NCBI GenBank assembly: GCA_910587135.1
Contig: CAJULF010000006.1
Span: 8,518-72,517, forward strand
Origin: an uncultured Oscillospiraceae bacterium
Lineage (GTDB): Bacteria; Bacillota; Clostridia; Oscillospirales; Ruminococcaceae
DNA length: 64,000 nt
Direction of reading: 5' to 3'
Shown in pieces: positions 1 through 8,855 of this stretch. The notes under the pieces are model-generated. The model was not told the DNA's origin. It was given only the letters and a program-made list of their open reading frames with translations, and made no database searches. The translations under genes and the position numbers were made by a program. Every line of letters starts with the position of its first letter. The first letter of the stretch is position 1.

Positions 1-175
1 CTCTAAAAACCTTGTTTGAAGAAAAATATCAGAGTACACCGCCTGTTGCGTCAGGTTTCTTCGCAGGGTATACAGCCTTGCTTCGGCGGCTTTTTATGCT
101 GTCGAAGCACTCTGCCGTTTTATCTGTTCAAAACGGTTTTCGGAGACGCCCTTTATAATATTTTGGGAGGATATT

Positions 176-1993
176 ATGGTAAAGACAAGAATAAACAAGA
201 CAGCAGCATTCATCATGACGTTTGTAATGCTCTTATCGTTCTCTGTGTTTTTCTGTTTTGACAGAGCCTATGCGGATTTCGACGGCGAGTGGGAGTATTC
301 GATATCGTCCGGAACGGCGACTATAATCGGTTATTCGGGAACCAATACCGAGGTTTCCGTGCCCGCTAAGCTGGGCGGAGTTCCGGTAGTTTCCGTTATG
401 GGACTGGCTCAGAATAATTTCAGACAAAGGATAACGTCAATTTCCTTGGCTTCGGGAATCAAGGAGATAGGCGCGAACGCTTTCAGCGGTTACACCGCGC
501 TTACAAAGATATCGCTGCCCGATACTCTCCAGACCATAGGTGCTAACGCGTTTTTCGGCTGCACATCTCTTGCGGCGATAACTCTGCCGAATTCGGTGAA
601 TACTTTGGGCGAAGGCGCTTTTGCAAGCTGCACTTCCATGCTCAGCGCCAACTTGTCGGGTCAGACCAAAGAGCTTCCCGCCAAGCTGTTTGAGGGCTGT
701 GTTAAGCTTTCTACGGTTACCCTGCCGCTTTATCTGACAACTATCGGAGATTCCGCTTTTGCAAATTGCTCCATGCTGAAATCCCTGTCTGTTCCGGACA
801 GCGTTACATCTATCGGTGTGAGCGCTTTCTCGGGCTGCACAAGTCTTGGCACGATAAATATGCCTTATTCACTTTCCGCAATAGGCAATTTCGCTTTTCA
901 TAAGTGCACGTCTTTGACCACCGTATTTCTCTGCAATGGTACAAAATCCATCGGTGAGGAAGCCTTTTCGGGCTGCTCTTCTCTTAAGGAGATATACATA
1001 GCACCCACCGTAAATAAGATCGGCAGTAATGCGTTAGCAAACTGCAACAATGTCGAAAAAATTGTATTCGGCGGAGATTATGTCAATATTAACAGCGCGC
1101 TGGGCGTTTCCGTTTCGGGCACGGTATACTACCCGTCCAAATATGCCACAAGCTGGGAGAGTTACAGCGGCTCACGCAAATCGGCATATAGCGCCCCGTC
1201 CTCGGTTTCCGTGACCGGTAAGACCAAGCTGACGGTAGGCGGAAGCGACAATCTGAAAATAACCGTCAGCCCCACTTCGGGTGAGTTCAGCGATATTTAC
1301 AAGTTTTACAGCTCCAACAACGCGGTGGTATCCGTAAACGAAAGCGGCAAGATAACCGCCAAAGCGCCCGGCTCCGCGGATATAACCGTGACAACGGTAA
1401 GCGGCGCTTCAAAAACCGTTTCCGTAATGGTATCTCCCGCCGCCCCAGAGGGGGTAAAGGCGGTGACAAAATCCACCAGTTCAATTGATCTTACATGGAA
1501 AGCTGTAAATGGCGCTACCGGTTACAATATTTACCGTGCTTCCACCAAAAACGGTAAGTTGAAAAAGGTCGCTTCTGTTCTTGATACAAGCTATACCGAT
1601 AAAGGGCTTAAAAAGGGCACTGCTTATTATTATGTTGTGGCGGCTTATGTTACGGCAAATGGCTCCGGGGTCGTTTCCGAGTACAGCTCAAAGGTGTCTG
1701 CGGCGGCAACGTCTCCCGCTCCCTCTTCCGTGACCGCTAAAAAATCCAAATCGGGCACGGCGGTTATAAAGTGGGCGAAGTCCACGGGAGCGTCGGGCTA
1801 TGAGGTGTGGATAGCGCCGAAGGGCGGCAAGTTCACCAAGACCGCCACAATAACCGATTCCTCAAAGCTGTCTTACACGAAAACAGGACTTTCAAGCGGA
1901 AAGACCTACAATGTAAAAGTACGCTCATATGTTACTGTAAACAACAAAAAGGTGTACAGTCCCTATTCCAAAACCGTAACGGTAAAGGTATAA
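176..1993 (+). CDS. Secreted surface protein: BspA-type leucine-rich repeats, Ig-like (Big_2) domain and two fibronectin type III domains
   Basis: Signal peptide; repeated 'LxxIxLPxSVxxIGxxAFxGCxxL' units; 'SSNNAVVSVNESGKITAKAPG' Ig-like segment; 'LTWKAVNGATGYNIYR' FN3 segments; GGGAGG RBS. Confidence 0.9.
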   Translation: MVKTRINKTAAFIMTFVMLLSFSVFFCFDRAYADFDGEWEYSISSGTATIIGYSGTNTEVSVPAKLGGVPVVSVMGLAQNNFRQRITSISLASGIKEIGANAFSGYTALTKISLPDTLQTIGANAFFGCTSLAAITLPNSVNTLGEGAFASCTSMLSANLSGQTKELPAKLFEGCVKLSTVTLPLYLTTIGDSAFANCSMLKSLSVPDSVTSIGVSAFSGCTSLGTINMPYSLSAIGNFAFHKCTSLTTVFLCNGTKSIGEEAFSGCSSLKEIYIAPTVNKIGSNALANCNNVEKIVFGGDYVNINSALGVSVSGTVYYPSKYATSWESYSGSRKSAYSAPSSVSVTGKTKLTVGGSDNLKITVSPTSGEFSDIYKFYSSNNAVVSVNESGKITAKAPGSADITVTTVSGASKTVSVMVSPAAPEGVKAVTKSTSSIDLTWKAVNGATGYNIYRASTKNGKLKKVASVLDTSYTDKGLKKGTAYYYVVAAYVTANGSGVVSEYSSKVSAAATSPAPSSVTAKKSKSGTAVIKWAKSTGASGYEVWIAPKGGKFTKTATITDSSKLSYTKTGLSSGKTYNVKVRSYVTVNNKKVYSPYSKTVTVKV

Positions 1994-1998
1994 AAAAT

Positions 1999-2031
1999 GC
2001 CGCCGGCACAAGCGTGTCGGCGGTTAATTTT
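1999..2031. terminator. Intrinsic terminator hairpin between convergent genes
   Basis: gccgccggcac-aagc-gtgtcggcggt, preceded by an A run and followed by a T-rich tract. Confidence 0.65.
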
Positions 2032-2189
2032 GTTTAAAAAGCAAATACAGCTTCAAATTCTCATAACATCATTACGGAATAAAATGCTTTCAAGCTAAAC
2101 ATCTTTGAAAATGAGGATTCCAAAAAATCCCTTTGGCGGGGTACAAAGTCAGAATTTCCGTACTGCTTTGAGTTACCGTTTTATACGGC

Positions 2190-4262
2190 TCACCGCTCCA
2201 CTTCAATCGCCGCTTCACCGTAAACGTTGAATCCGCTGTGCTCCGATGGCATACAGAAGCCCGCGTACAGTTTAAATTTACCGCCGCGCAGGGCTCTTAC
2301 ACCGTTTTCGTCGACGGTTTCAAACGCGCTGTCGTCAATGGGTACAACGATTTTCCTGCTCTCGCCCGCTTCAAGACCAATGCGCTCAAAGCCGCACAGA
2401 CTGCATTTGGGAGCGCCCTCGGCATCTGAGCTGATATAAATCTGGAGAACGTCCTCGGTAAAACGCCCGCCGACGTTCGTGACCGTTACTTCAACGCTTC
2501 CTGCGGAATACTTCATATCTCCGCATTCAAAGCGCGAGTAGGTCAGCCCGTATCCGAACGGATAAAGGATATTATCCGCGGAGCAGTAGCGATAGGTGCG
2601 GTTTTTCATGGAGTAATCGGTAAATTCGGGGAGCTTGTCGGAATCCTTGTAGAATGTCACGGGGAGCTTTCCCGAGGGAGAGATATCCCCGAAAAGAATT
2701 TTGGCGAGAGCCGTTCCGCCGCACTGTCCGGGATACCACATATCGATAAGCGCGTCGCAGCTGCCCTCAATATTTACAGAGCTTCCCGCTGCCAGAACAA
2801 CCACCGTAGGCTTACCGACCGCCCTTACCTTTTCCAGCAGCTCGCGCTGACTTTCGGGAAGACGCAAATCTTTTTTGTCGCCGGAGGAAAATTCGTTGCC
2901 CGTGTCGCCCTCTTCGCCCTCAAGCGTAGCGTCCAGACCAAGACAAAGTATTACCGCGTCGGCGCATTCCGCTGCGGAAATCGCCTCGCAAAGCCTGTCG
3001 CCCGCGCGCACAAGCCCCTGAGTCCTGTCCTTGTAAAGGTGACAGCCCTCCGCATACAGCACCCGTCCGCTGAAATTCTCCTGTATACCCGCAAGAAAAG
3101 TGGAAAGACTGTCCGCTGTGCCGTTGTAGTTTCCGTAAAGAGCCGCGCAGCTGTTGGCATTCGGACCTATAACCGCCAGAGTACGGATATTGTCGCGGGA
3201 AAGCGGCAGTATACCGTTGTTTTTTAGCAGCACCGCGGATTTTTCCGCGCACTCCAGCGCCAGCTCCTTATGCTCCGCGCAGGCGATCTTTTCGTAGGGA
3301 ATGTTGTCATACTCCGTTTTGTCAAGCTGCCCGAGCCGTATTCTTGTGCGGAGCGCGTGAACGCAGGCATTCCGTATATCATCGGGTGAGATAAGCTCCT
3401 GCTTGAGTGCCGAGAGCAGATGAAGATAGGTGTTGCCGCAGTTTATGTCGCAGCCTGCCTTTATAGCCATTGCGGCGGATTCGGCGGCGGTGGAGGTCAC
3501 CATATGGTGCTCGTGGAAATCCCGTATTGCCCAACAGTCCGATACGAAGTAGCCGTCAAATCCCCACTCCTTTAGCTTTTTAAAAAGCGCGGTGCTTGCG
3601 CAGGCGGGCTCGCCGTTAACTCGGTTGTAAGCTCCCATGACGCTCTCCACGCGCGCTTTTGTGACAAGTGCCTTAAAAGCGGGGAGATAGGTTTCCTCCA
3701 TATCTTTCGGGGAGGCTTTCGCGTCAAATTCGTGGCGGAGAGATTCGGGGCCGCTGTGAACGGCAAAATGCTTGGCGCAGGCGGCGGTCATAAGATATTT
3801 TCCATCGCCCTGCAAGCCCTTTACCATTTCAACGCCAAGCTCGGCGGTAAGATAGGGGCACTCGCCGTAGGTTTCGTGACCGCGTCCCCAGCGTGGGTCG
3901 CGGAAGATGTTGATGTTTGGCGTCCAGAGTGTAAGTCCCTTGTAGATGTCGCAGTCCCCGTGCCTTTGCGCAGCGTTGTATTTTGCGCGGGCTTCGGTCG
4001 CGATGGCGTGTCCCACCCGCCTTATAACATCTCTGTCAAATACGGCGGCAAGACCTATCGCCTGCGGAAACACGGTGGCTGTACCCGCACGCGCCACCCC
4101 GTGAAGTCCCTCGTTCCACCAGTTGTATGCGGGAAGACCTGCGGCGGGAATGGGCGGAGCATCGTATGTGAGCTGCTCCGCCTGCTGCTGGGTGGTCAGC
4201 TCGTCCGCAAGAGCCTCCGCGCGCTTATGCGGCGATAGTTCCGGATTCATGAAATCGTTCAT
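2190..4262 (-). CDS. Glycoside hydrolase family 3, beta-xylosidase-like
   Basis: WWNEGLHG, RDPRWGRGHETYGE, KHF, VSDCWAI motifs; C-terminal FN3-like domain. Confidence 0.92.
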   Translation of the reverse strand: MNDFMNPELSPHKRAEALADELTTQQQAEQLTYDAPPIPAAGLPAYNWWNEGLHGVARAGTATVFPQAIGLAAVFDRDVIRRVGHAIATEARAKYNAAQRHGDCDIYKGLTLWTPNINIFRDPRWGRGHETYGECPYLTAELGVEMVKGLQGDGKYLMTAACAKHFAVHSGPESLRHEFDAKASPKDMEETYLPAFKALVTKARVESVMGAYNRVNGEPACASTALFKKLKEWGFDGYFVSDCWAIRDFHEHHMVTSTAAESAAMAIKAGCDINCGNTYLHLLSALKQELISPDDIRNACVHALRTRIRLGQLDKTEYDNIPYEKIACAEHKELALECAEKSAVLLKNNGILPLSRDNIRTLAVIGPNANSCAALYGNYNGTADSLSTFLAGIQENFSGRVLYAEGCHLYKDRTQGLVRAGDRLCEAISAAECADAVILCLGLDATLEGEEGDTGNEFSSGDKKDLRLPESQRELLEKVRAVGKPTVVVLAAGSSVNIEGSCDALIDMWYPGQCGGTALAKILFGDISPSGKLPVTFYKDSDKLPEFTDYSMKNRTYRYCSADNILYPFGYGLTYSRFECGDMKYSAGSVEVTVTNVGGRFTEDVLQIYISSDAEGAPKCSLCGFERIGLEAGESRKIVVPIDDSAFETVDENGVRALRGGKFKLYAGFCMPSEHSGFNVYGEAAIEVER

Positions 4263-4327
4263 AGAGATTCTCCTTTATACTGTTATATTTTAGCTCAAAC
4301 ATATATAAAAAGGTCTAAATATATTCT

Positions 4328-4356
4328 ATCATATCATATGAAACGTGTATTGTCAA
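4328..4356 (-). promoter_or_regulatory. SigA-type promoter for the GH3 gene
   Basis: TTGACA-17 nt-TATGAT on the minus strand. Confidence 0.6.
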
Positions 4357-4883
4357 GATTTTTTTGGCAATTTAACACTGTTTGAGTTCCGTTTATGCCA
4401 TTTGTGCATTTTGACTATGGAAGTTTACAGTAAGATAATTTTATGCTCCTCCCTGAAATTCCGGTTTTTATAAGGCATAATTGAATATAACGCGTGCGAA
4501 ATTTTCTTTAGATTTTTCTTTTTACCGTGTTTTCGACAATTTTCTTTCTTTGCATTGTGAATAATCACTAAAAACCAATGCAGTCATAATACATACTGAT
4601 TAAATATACTTTTATGCGCTGAATAATTAGCAAGGGATATGCGATGTGAATAAAACAATTTTTATCGAAGCGCCAGCAAGTATTTTTATTTGCATTTCAA
4701 TTAATGTCGGTTAAAACATACAAAATAAGTGTACTTTGCCTAAAATGTTCTGATTGCTATTCCGCGCGGGCGGTGATATACTTGATATAGAATGTCGGAC
4801 GCGGCACTGTACCGCCGTTGAAGCGGGCTGATAAATATACCGCCGCGCCGTCATCGGAACAAAATAAATACAAGGAGAGGAAA

Positions 4884-5975
4884 ATGGACAACAACCGACC
4901 GATATTCGGTGCGGCGGCAAATTTTGAAGGCTGCCTTGAGGTGATCCGCGTGAATACCAAAACGGGAAAATGCGATATTCTCGGGCAGTCCGTAAAGCCT
5001 GCCGCCAACGGACCCGCGCTTGGCAGATATTTTGCCGGGCTGGCGGAAAGCGGGTGGATTTATCCCGCGGATTATGAAACATACTCGCACATATTTGAGT
5101 TGAGCTGCATGAAGGAGCGGCTCACAAGCGGGAGGCTGATTTTGAACGGAATCCGCGTCAAGCCCGCCGATGCCTATCTCTGGACTGATTTTGAGCTGAT
5201 CCGCCCGAAAAGCTGTCCGCATAACATTTTTATTTTTGTCAGAAGCCTTAAGCACAAATACCGTCCCACGCTGAAAGGGTATAATCTGCTTATGAGGCTT
5301 GATTTTGAGAAAGGGGCGTTATATCCGATCGCAGCGCCTTTTGATTACTTTAATGATTTCCGCGGAGCGCTTGAGTCATGCGCTGCGGGCTTCGGGACGG
5401 AGCTTTCCGCGCTGAGCGGTACTGACGGTCAGCTTATCCGCAGCGGAGATCATACCTTTGAGCTTTCTCCATGCCGCGGCGCGGGTTCGTCGGGGTTTCT
5501 GGCGGCGGTATATGAAACCGATGCGGTTTCGGAGGAGCGGCAAATGGAGGTTTTTGACTGCTATAAGAAAATCGATGCCGAAACGGGGCTGTACGCCGAA
5601 TATTATGTCAAAAACCGTGCCGATATGTCAGGCGACCCGTATATCGGCGCAATGCTGATAAGCTCGGAGGGCATCGCACGTGATAAGGCGGTTATGATTT
5701 TAAAATGCGATTTTGCCGACAGTGCCTTTGTACGGGGCGAACAGCTTGCTCTGCTGCTTACGGCGGGGAGCATAAGCCGTCTGCGCCATTGCTTTGGCGC
5801 TCTGTGCCGCAGGTTTGCCGATACCGGATGCGATTTTATGGTAAGGATATCTTTGTCGGTTCACACCGCGAGCGCGGAGGAAATACTGTATGCCGCCGAT
5901 AAAAGCGAGCCGCAGACGCCGAGGGATTTCCGATGGTCGGTAGTCGGCGAGGTTCGGGAAACGGTATCTTTGTAA
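4884..5975 (+). CDS. Hypothetical protein, probable PAS-like plus degenerate GGDEF domain
   Basis: AAGGAGAGG RBS; 'WIYPADY' PAS-like segment; 'DAETGLY', 'VRGEQLALLL', 'EILYAADK' resemble eroded GGDEF-domain motifs. Confidence 0.55.
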   Translation: MDNNRPIFGAAANFEGCLEVIRVNTKTGKCDILGQSVKPAANGPALGRYFAGLAESGWIYPADYETYSHIFELSCMKERLTSGRLILNGIRVKPADAYLWTDFELIRPKSCPHNIFIFVRSLKHKYRPTLKGYNLLMRLDFEKGALYPIAAPFDYFNDFRGALESCAAGFGTELSALSGTDGQLIRSGDHTFELSPCRGAGSSGFLAAVYETDAVSEERQMEVFDCYKKIDAETGLYAEYYVKNRADMSGDPYIGAMLISSEGIARDKAVMILKCDFADSAFVRGEQLALLLTAGSISRLRHCFGALCRRFADTGCDFMVRISLSVHTASAEEILYAADKSEPQTPRDFRWSVVGEVRETVSL

Positions 5976-6024
5976 CGATTAAAAATAAAATTTGAGAAAA
6001 ATGTAAAAAAATTCGGAATACTAC

Positions 6025-6053
6025 TTGATTTTTGGAAAAAAGTGTGGTATAAT
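6025..6053 (+). promoter_or_regulatory. SigA promoter of the rimP-nusA-infB operon
   Basis: TTGATT-17 nt-TATAAT with TG extended -10. Confidence 0.75.
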
Positions 6054-6071
6054 ACAAAAGATAGATTAGGC

Positions 6072-6106
6072 TAAAGACTGGGGCTTCGCTCCGGTCTTTA
6101 AGTTTT
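6072..6106 (+). promoter_or_regulatory. Leader hairpin / attenuator of the rimP-nusA operon
   Basis: taaagactgggg-cttcg-ctccggtcttta followed by a weak U-tract, between the promoter and the rimP RBS. Confidence 0.55.
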
Positions 6107-6163
6107 GTATGAGCGAAGAGCCGCCGCAGCGGCGGCGGGATCAGCGGAAGGAGGCTTTGCCCA

Positions 6164-6661
6164 ATGGCTTTGGCTAAGGGCTTTAACGCGGTGGAGTCCG
6201 CCGCGGAGGCGGCGGTCAGGGATATCGTGGAGTCTCACGGTTTTTCATTGTGGGACGTGGTTTTTGTTAAAGAGGGCGCGGGGTGGTATCTCCGTGTGCT
6301 GATAGATAAGAAAGGCGGCGTGTCGATAGACGACTGCGAATCGATAGACGGTCTTATAAACGACGTCATCGACCGGCAGGATTTTATCGACAGGGTGGAT
6401 TATCTTGAGATAGGCTCCGCGGGACTTGAGCGGGCAGTCAGGAGAGTTGCTCAGTTGGAGCCGTCGGTGGGGAAAAGGATAAAGCTCAAGACCTACAAGC
6501 TGTGCGAGGGGCTTCCCGAAAAGACGGTGAAGTGCACGCTGGACGGCTTTGACGGGGAAAGGATAACCGTTTCGGGGGATTTCGGAAGCGTTTGTCTTGC
6601 CGTATCGGAGGTTTCGGGGATAAATTATGACGATTTCGACGATTATGACGAGCTTGACTGA
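6164..6661 (+). CDS. rimP: Ribosome maturation factor RimP
   Basis: 'LRVLIDKKGGVSIDDCE', 'YLEIGSAGLER'; first gene before nusA. Confidence 0.95.
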   Translation: MALAKGFNAVESAAEAAVRDIVESHGFSLWDVVFVKEGAGWYLRVLIDKKGGVSIDDCESIDGLINDVIDRQDFIDRVDYLEIGSAGLERAVRRVAQLEPSVGKRIKLKTYKLCEGLPEKTVKCTLDGFDGERITVSGDFGSVCLAVSEVSGINYDDFDDYDELD

Positions 6662-6725
6662 TTGAAAAAGAAAAATCGGGCGGTGTACAGCCGCGCAGTA
6701 TAAACAATGGAGGAATTTAAGGAAA

Positions 6726-8033
6726 ATGGCTAAAAGAAAGACACCCAAGAGCGAGGATTTCGGAAATTTCTTTGATAACCTTGCTGTTCTGGCAGAGGAA
6801 AAGGGAATTGACACAAGCATTCTCGCGGAAAAGATAAAATTTGCCATCGAAAAGAGCCTGAAATCAAACCTGCACCTTGATGATACGGAAAATTCGGTCG
6901 TGGTAAATATTGATTTTGAGCACCGTATCTTTGACGTAAGCATTCTCAAAGAGGTCATAGAGGTGGTTGATACGCTCTATGAGCCGGAGATAGAGATAGT
7001 GTTGGAGGAGGCGAGAAAGATCGATCCCACGCTTGAGGTGGGAGATAAGGTGCGTTGTCCCATCGACACGCATACTTTCAAGAGGATCGCAGCCAAAAAT
7101 GCCAAGGATCTGATAAAGCAAGGCTTCAGCAACGCGGAGCGCCAGCGGATGAGCGAGCTTTGGGGAGAATATGAGAACGAAGCGGTATCCGCGGTAGTAT
7201 CCAAAATCGAGCCGTCGGGACACGTTACGGTGGAAATCGCTCATAACGAGGTTATCCTTCCGAGAAGCGAGCAGATTCCGGGTGAGATACTTGAGGTAGG
7301 ACAGGTTGTAAAGGTATATATTTCGGGAGTTTCCAAGGAGTATAAGGAGGGTGACAAGAACCAGTATCTCAAGGTTTCAAGAACCGACAAGTGGCTTATC
7401 AAAAGGCTTTTCGAGCTGGAGTGCCCCGAGATATACGACGGAACGGTAGAGGTAAAAGCGGTAAGCCGCGCGCCGGGCAGCCGCTCCAAAATCGCCGTAA
7501 TAAGCAACGATCCCAATGTTGATGCGGTGGGAGCCTGCATAGGTCCGCAGAAAAGCCGCATAAACGCCGTGACCAAGGAAATAAAGGGCGAAAAGGTGGA
7601 CGTGGTGCTGTACAGCGATGACCCCGAGGAGTTCATAAAGCAGGCACTTAAGCCCGCCGACGTTACGCGTGTGGTAATTACCAATCCCAATCCCGACAGA
7701 CGTATGTGCAAGGTCATAGTGCCCGACAATCAGCTTTCGCTGGCTATCGGAAACAAGGGACAGAACGCGTGGCTGGCGGCAAAGCTGACGGGATATAAAA
7801 TAGACATAAAGGCGGAAAGCGCCGTTACTCCCGAAGACTTCGAGGTCGTTCCGCTGGACGAGAAATATCTTGTTCAGGAAGAACCCGAGGAGAGCGTGGA
7901 TAATGCCGAAAATACCGAGGATTCGGGCTCGGAGTTCATCTCGGAGGAACAGGAAACCGAAACAGCTGAGAATACCGCTTCGGAAAGCGCCGAGGACGGT
8001 GAAGCGGCGGAGCAGATCGCTGCTGAGGAATAA
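6726..8033 (+). CDS. nusA: Transcription termination/antitermination factor NusA
   Basis: S1 and KH domains, 'RAPGSRSKIAV', 'QLSLAIGNKGQNA'; acidic tail. Confidence 0.97.
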   Translation: MAKRKTPKSEDFGNFFDNLAVLAEEKGIDTSILAEKIKFAIEKSLKSNLHLDDTENSVVVNIDFEHRIFDVSILKEVIEVVDTLYEPEIEIVLEEARKIDPTLEVGDKVRCPIDTHTFKRIAAKNAKDLIKQGFSNAERQRMSELWGEYENEAVSAVVSKIEPSGHVTVEIAHNEVILPRSEQIPGEILEVGQVVKVYISGVSKEYKEGDKNQYLKVSRTDKWLIKRLFELECPEIYDGTVEVKAVSRAPGSRSKIAVISNDPNVDAVGACIGPQKSRINAVTKEIKGEKVDVVLYSDDPEEFIKQALKPADVTRVVITNPNPDRRMCKVIVPDNQLSLAIGNKGQNAWLAAKLTGYKIDIKAESAVTPEDFEVVPLDEKYLVQEEPEESVDNAENTEDSGSEFISEEQETETAENTASESAEDGEAAEQIAAEE

Positions 8034-8046
8034 AGGAGACGGGAAA

Positions 8047-8316
8047 ATGCAGGAAAAGCGCGTGCCGCTCAGAAAATGTATAGGCTGCGGCGAGATGATA
8101 GGAAAAAAAGGCGCAGTGAGAGTCGTCCGCAGCAAGGAGGGAGATGTTTCCATCGACCCCACGGGAAAGAAATCGGGACGCGGAGCTTATATCTGCCGCG
8201 ACGAAAAGTGCTTTGCGGCGGTAAAGAAGGCTCACAAGCTGGAGCGGGCGTTAAAGTGCAAAGTTCCCGATGAAATATATGATATTCTTGAAAAGGAGCT
8301 GACCGAAAATCAATAA
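8047..8316 (+). CDS. ylxR: YlxR/RnpM family RNA-binding protein
   Basis: AAGGAG RBS, ATG 8047; 'PLRKCIGC...GRGAYIC' signature. Confidence 0.93.
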   Translation: MQEKRVPLRKCIGCGEMIGKKGAVRVVRSKEGDVSIDPTGKKSGRGAYICRDEKCFAAVKKAHKLERALKCKVPDEIYDILEKELTENQ

Positions 8317-8614
8317 GACTCTTTCGACGGTCTGTCTTTGCCGCCGTGCGGGAAAGCTTGTGATGGGCTTTGACGCGGCGGTGCAGGAGCTGGGATCCCC
8401 CAAAACCAAAACGGCGGGACTGCTTCTGGCGGCGGACGTTTCCCCAAAAACCGAAAAGGAAATTCGGTTCGCGGCGGAGAAACACGGCAAGACGGTCGTT
8501 CGGGCAGAATTCACCATGGACGAGGCGGAGTCGGCGCTTGGTAAGCGCGTCGGGGTGCTTCTCGTTCTCGACGAGGGTCTGTACGGCTCTTTGATCAAAG
8601 GAATAACCGGTTAA
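8309..8614 (+). CDS. ylxQ: L7Ae/L30e-like protein (YlxQ); probable non-canonical ATC start
   Basis: 'NKTLSTVCLCRRAGKLVMGFDA...LLLAADVSPKT' L7Ae pattern begins upstream of the first GTG (8360); position between ylxR and infB. Confidence 0.85.
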   Translation: MNKTLSTVCLCRRAGKLVMGFDAAVQELGSPKTKTAGLLLAADVSPKTEKEIRFAAEKHGKTVVRAEFTMDEAESALGKRVGVLLVLDEGLYGSLIKGITG

Positions 8615-8690
8615 AGCGAATTTCAACACGATCGGTCGCGTCAGTTCCATCGTTTGAACAGGGCGTTCGTGTAATGATCGGTGCTTCCTT

Positions 8691-8791
8691 ATACTTATCC
8701 CAATTAGAAAGTGTACAAAAATCAAGTAAAAACTCTTATATATGATTTTTGCGAAGATTTTTTGTGTACACTTTCAATGAGGAATTAGTAT
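8691..8791. mobile_element. MITE-like element, family 3 (ATACTAATTC-type terminal inverted repeats)
   Basis: atacttatcccaattagaaagtgtaca... pairs with ...tgtacactttcaatgaggaattagtat; same terminus as 43236-43362. Confidence 0.55.
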
Positions 8792-8855
8792 TAAACATAT
8801 TCCCGAGCTGAAAAGGGAAGATAACGAAAGTTAATCGAATTTGGAGGAATTTACA

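Noticed and set aside
30..150. Possible riboswitch upstream of the LRR surface protein
   Set aside because: Short stems (gtacacc/ggtatac, cctg/cagg) are present but match no class I recognise, and the window edge removes the promoter context
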